DNA of 64,000 nt, from assembly GCA_950097015.1 (NCBI GenBank), contig CATNEN010000007.1:1736001-1800000 (forward strand), given 5' to 3'. The DNA is from Macrostomum hystrix (lineage: Eukaryota > Animalia > Platyhelminthes). Numbering within the stretch: position 1 is the stretch's first letter; every line of letters begins with the position of its first letter. This document shows positions 59,780 through 64,000 of this stretch, in pieces. The notes under the pieces are model-generated. The model did no database searches. It was not told where the DNA came from and saw nothing but the letters and a program-made list of their open reading frames with translations. Made by a program: the position numbers and the translations under genes.

Positions 59780-61995
59780 ATGGTATTCCACAGCTATTGG
59801 CTGCTTTGAAAACTGGATTCCCACAGCTATTGGCTGATTTGGAAATGGGATTCCCACAGCTATTGGCTGCTTTGGAAATGGGATTCCCACAGTTATTAGC
59901 TGCTCTGGAAATGGGATTCCCACAGCTATTGGCTGCTTTGAAAACTGGATTCCCACAGCTATTGGCTGCTTTGAAAACTGGATTCCCACAGCTATTGGCT
60001 GCTTTGGAAATGGGATTCCCACAGCTATTGGCTGCTTTGAAAACTGGATTCCCACAGTTATTGGCTGCTTTGGAAATGGAATTCCCACAGCTATTGGCTG
60101 CTTTGGAAATGGGATTCCCACAGCTATTGGCTGCTTTGGAAATGGGATTCCCACAGTTATTAGCTGCTCTGGAAATGGGATTCCCACAGCTATTGGCTGC
60201 TTTGGAAATGGGATTCCCACAGCTATTGGCTGCTTTGAAAACTGGATTCCCACAGCTATTGGCTGCTTTGGAAATGGGATTCCCACAGCTATTGGCTGCT
60301 TTGAAAACTGGATTCCCACAGTTATTGGCTGCTTTGGAAATGGAATTCCCACAGCTATTGGCTGCTTTGGAAATGGGATTCCCACAGCTATTGGCTGCTT
60401 TGAAAACTGGATTCCCACAGTTATTAGCTGCTCTGGAAATGGGATTCCCACAGCTATTGGCTGCTTTGAAAACTGGATTCCCACAGCTATTGGCTGCTTT
60501 GAAAACTGGATTCCCACAGCTATTGGCTGCTTTGGAAATGGGATTCCCACAGCTATTGGCTGCTTTGAAAACTGGATTCCCACAGTTATTGGCTGCTTTG
60601 GAAATGGAATTCCCACAGCTATTGGCTGCTTTGGAAATGGGATTCCCACAGCTATTGGCTGCTTTGGAAATGGGATTCCCACAGTTATTAGCTGCTCTGG
60701 AAATGGGATTCCCACAGCTATTGGCTGCTTTGGAAATGGGATTCCCACAGCTATTGGCTGCTTTGAAAACTGGATTCCCACAGCTATTGGCTGCTTTGGA
60801 AATGGGATTCCCACAGCTATTGGCTGCTTTGAAAACTGGATTCCCACAGTTATTGGCTGCTTTGGAAATGGAATTCCCACAGCTATTGGCTGCTTTGGAA
60901 ATGGGATTCCCACAGCTATTGGCTGCTTTGGAAATGGGATTCCCACAGTTATTAGCTGCTCTGGAAATGGGATTCCCACAGCTATTGGCTGCTTTGAAAA
61001 CTGGATTCCCACAGCTATTGGCTGCTTTGAAAACTGGATTCCCACAGCTATTGGCTGCTTTGGAAATGGGATTCCCACAGCTATTGGCTGCTTTGAAAAC
61101 TGGATTCCCACAGTTATTGGCTGCTTTGGAAATGGGATTCCCACAGCTATTGGCTGCTTTGGAAATGGGATTCCCACAGTTAATGGCTGCTCTGGAAATG
61201 GGATTCCCACAGCTATTGGCTGCTTTGGAAATGGGATTCCCACAGTTATTGGCTGCTCTGGAAATGGGATTCCCACAGCTATTAGCTGATTTGGAAATGG
61301 GATTCCCACAGCTATTGGCTGCTTTGGAAATGGGATTCCCACAGTTATTGGCTGCTCTGGAAATGGGATTCCCACAGCTATTAGCTGATTTGGAAATGTG
61401 ATTCCCACAGTTATTGGCTGCTCTGGAAATGGGATTCCCACAGCTATTGGCTGCTTTGAAAACTGGATTCCCACAGCTATTGGCTGCTTTGGAAATGGGA
61501 TTCCCACAGCTATTCGCTGCTTTGAAAACTGGATTCCCACAGTTATTGGCTGCTTTGGAAATGGGATTCCCACAGCTATTGGCTGCTTTGGAAATGGGAT
61601 TCCCACAGTTAATGGCTGCTCTGGAAATGGGATTCCCACAGCTATTGGCTGCTTTGGAAATGGGATTCCCACAGTTATTGGCTGCTCTGGAAATGGGATT
61701 CCCACAGCTATTAGCTGATTTGGAAATGGGATTCCCACAGCTATTGGCTGCTTTGGAAATGGGATTCCCACAGCTATTGGCTGCTTTGGAAATGGGATTC
61801 CCACAGCTATTGGCTGCTTTGGAAATGGGATTCCCACAGTTATTAGCTGCTTTGGAAATGGGATTCCCACAGTTATTAGCTGCTTTGGAAATGGGATTCC
61901 CACAGTTATTAGCTGCTTTGGAAATGGGATTCCCACAGCTATTGGCTGCTTTTGAAATGGGATTCCCACAGTTATTAGCTGCTTTGGAAATGGGA
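59780..61995. repeat. 33-bp minisatellite, about 67 units
   Basis: Unit GGATTCCCACAGCTATTGGCTGCTTTGGAAATG; source of the 552-aa and 754-aa repeat ORFs. Confidence 0.97.
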
Positions 61996-62869
61996 TTTGG
62001 AATTGGAAATGGGATAAAATGGGTGTTTATTTTATTTGTGGGAGTTCTGAAAGAGTCTTAGTCGATCAGTCCTAGAATTAGACAGGTTATTTGATCAGAA
62101 AGTGACGCAAATGTTAATCTTTATTTGGCTTATTGATTAGCTCGTGTATAATAATTTCTGCCACTTTAAAAAACTATCAGCAGAGATGCATGAAGTCTAT
62201 AAGTGAACTGGCTTTTTCGTTATAATTAGAGTGTCGCCATAATGAAAGTTAAGATTTCCAGCAGAATTTATTTTGCTTTTAAACTTAGAAATCAGTAATA
62301 ATTAAATACTAATGGGGTTATAGTGTTAGAGCACTGAGGTTGTTATATAAGAGAAAATTGCTGTTTAAAACGTTTCTTAGCTTATCAGCAATTCAGCTAG
62401 AAACTGTCATTAAATAAGTGCAAAAGGCCATTGTGGTCTAAATGAAAGTTTGCGCCCTCTCTCAGTTGAACCAGTTGTTTAAGGCTTCATGTACAGTGGC
62501 GGCTCCCGTTGCTAGCGTAAGTAAAGTAAGTATTTGTATACTCAGATATGGCGACCGGAAAGCTACTTAAAGTAGTCTGTTAGCTGAATTTGATTACGAG
62601 CTAATGAAAAAGCAAATTCGTTGTAAAGAATGGTTTGATTAGTCTAACATTTGCGGTGCCTAACTTATATCACCAAAATTACTGATTGATTTCGCTTATC
62701 TGATTGATCCGATAATTTCTGATAGCTCACCTGATTGAATATCCTATAACTTATTCCAGGAATTTTACTCTGTGCGTAGAGAGCACTTTAAAATCTGTAG
62801 ATCCAGTTGTGGTATTGTTTCATCTGGGATTTAAGTTAGAAGTCTTAATATGAAGGCTGCGTATTACTG

Positions 62870-63056
62870 CTCAGTCCATGGACTGGGGGGACGCCACACC
62901 CACCCTCAATTACCCCAGCTAATACTGGCACCCATTTGAACAGCCAGGTGAACTGAAAGAGTGTCTTGCTGAAGAACAAAAATTGTACTAGTGGAGTCCG
63001 GAATCGAACCCCCGATTTGCAAGTCGAGAGTCTGTCGAACTGACCACTAGGCTACA
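62870..63056 (-). mobile_element. SINE family B copy
   Basis: Minus-strand head TGTAGCCTAGTGGTCAG...GGTTCGATTCC; body matches the other B copies. Confidence 0.8.
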
Positions 63057-63184
63057 ACCCCATTGTACTGCGAATACTAGTACTAGTACAATCTACCTAT
63101 CCACAGAAAACCCATTTAGGAATTGTGGATTTGAGCCAAAATATCCCATATCCCAAACTACTTGACTAATTGGCATCTTTCCAG

Positions 63185-63556
63185 GCTCGCCTGCCCTTCG
63201 CGCAGCTCGGCCGGTCAGCCGCGGTCCTGCTGCGTCAGAGGCGAGGCTTGGCCACCGCCGTCTCCGCCGCTGCCGACTCCCGCATCATGCCGACGTCATC
63301 CGGCTGGAGTCCCGGCACTTCAGCCGGTCTGGCCGATCTTCGCCGACGCTTCCTGCAAAGTCACGCCGGCCTGCCGCCCCTTCCTGTGCCATCACTGGAC
63401 GCCACTCTGGATAAGTACATGCGTGCCATCGCCCCCATCGCCACCGACGTCGAGTTGGCTGAAGCCGTCAGGCTAGTCAACGATTTCAAGCAGTCCGGCG
63501 TGGCTGACCAACTGCAGCGACTGCTGCTGAAGCACGCCGAGGGGAAGGACAACTGG
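63185..63556 (+). CDS. CRAT: Carnitine O-acetyltransferase-like, first large coding exon (gene continues beyond window)
   Basis: LPPLPVPSLDATLDKYMRAIAPI...LVNDFKQSGVADQLQRLL...DNW matches CRAT (LPRLPVPPLQQSLDHYLKALQPI...ENW) better than CPT2. Acceptor TTTCCAG ends at 63184; donor GTAAGT at 63557. Arg-rich presequence-like N-terminus. Confidence 0.8.
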
Positions 63557-63599
63557 GTAAGTGGACTATGCTACTGGATGACCCTCAGAGATCTTCAAG

Positions 63600-64000
63600 A
63601 TCCTCGATGATCCTATATGATCCAGATCCACTCGATCATCCCAAATCCCTTAAGATCATCCCAGATCCCCACGAGCATCTCAAATCCCTCAAGATCATCC
63701 CAGATCCCCACGAGCATCCCAAATCCCTCAAGATCATCCCAGATCCCCACGAGCATCCCAAATCCCCCATGATCATCCCAGATCCCCACGAGCATCCCAA
63801 ATCCCTCAAGATCATCCCAGATCCCCACGAGCATCCCAAATCCCTCAAGATCATCCCAAATCCCTCAAGATCATCCCAGATCCCCACGAGCATCCCAAAT
63901 CCCCCATGATCATCCCAGATCCCTCAAGATTCTCCCAGATCCCCCAAGATCATCCCAGATCCTCTAAGATTCTTACAGATCCTCCAACATCCTCCCAGAT
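63600..64000. repeat. About 39-bp minisatellite in CRAT intron
   Basis: Unit ATCATCCCAGATCCCCACGAGCATCCCAAATCCCTCAAG. Confidence 0.92.

Noticed and set aside
59705-62061. 552-aa and 754-aa repeat ORFs on opposite strands
   Set aside because: A 33-bp unit stays in frame by arithmetic. There are no flanking coding exons or splice context, unlike the FKBP8 repeat.

Overview
Animal genomic DNA with GC-rich spliced exons and AT-rich intergenic regions. It is most likely a free-living flatworm such as Macrostomum; this is an inference from the metazoan universal-stress-protein genes, the minisatellite-filled introns and the splice-acceptor-like YAGs just before start codons. Genes reconstructed by hand from splice sites and reading phase: MRPS16 (+), MAT1/MNAT1 (+), a 15-exon TRPM channel lacking a NUDT9-H domain (-), a CCDC154-like coiled-coil gene with a GC-AG intron and upstream RFX X-boxes (+), a short PCDH15/CDHR-like cadherin (+), an FKBP8/FKBP38-like protein with a coding minisatellite (-), two tandem USP genes (-), an orphan low-complexity ORF (+) and the first large exon of carnitine acetyltransferase (+). 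A large part of the window is tandem repeat (more than 35 different arrays), and almost every long intron holds its own array. Two tRNA-derived SINE families (one CORE-like), a 95-bp MITE with an 8-bp TSD, and a TG...CA insertion nested in an inverted-repeat element are also visible. Main leads: (i) minisatellite unit lengths cluster at multiples of about 11 bp and share core motifs; (ii) a trans-splicing signature, including a CRAT exon whose mitochondrial presequence may take its AUG from the spliced leader; (iii) unusual TRPM, cadherin, FKBP8 and MAT1 architectures. All calls come from manual reading, no database searches were run, and repeat-array boundaries are approximate. Most very long ORFs in the supplied track are repeat artefacts.
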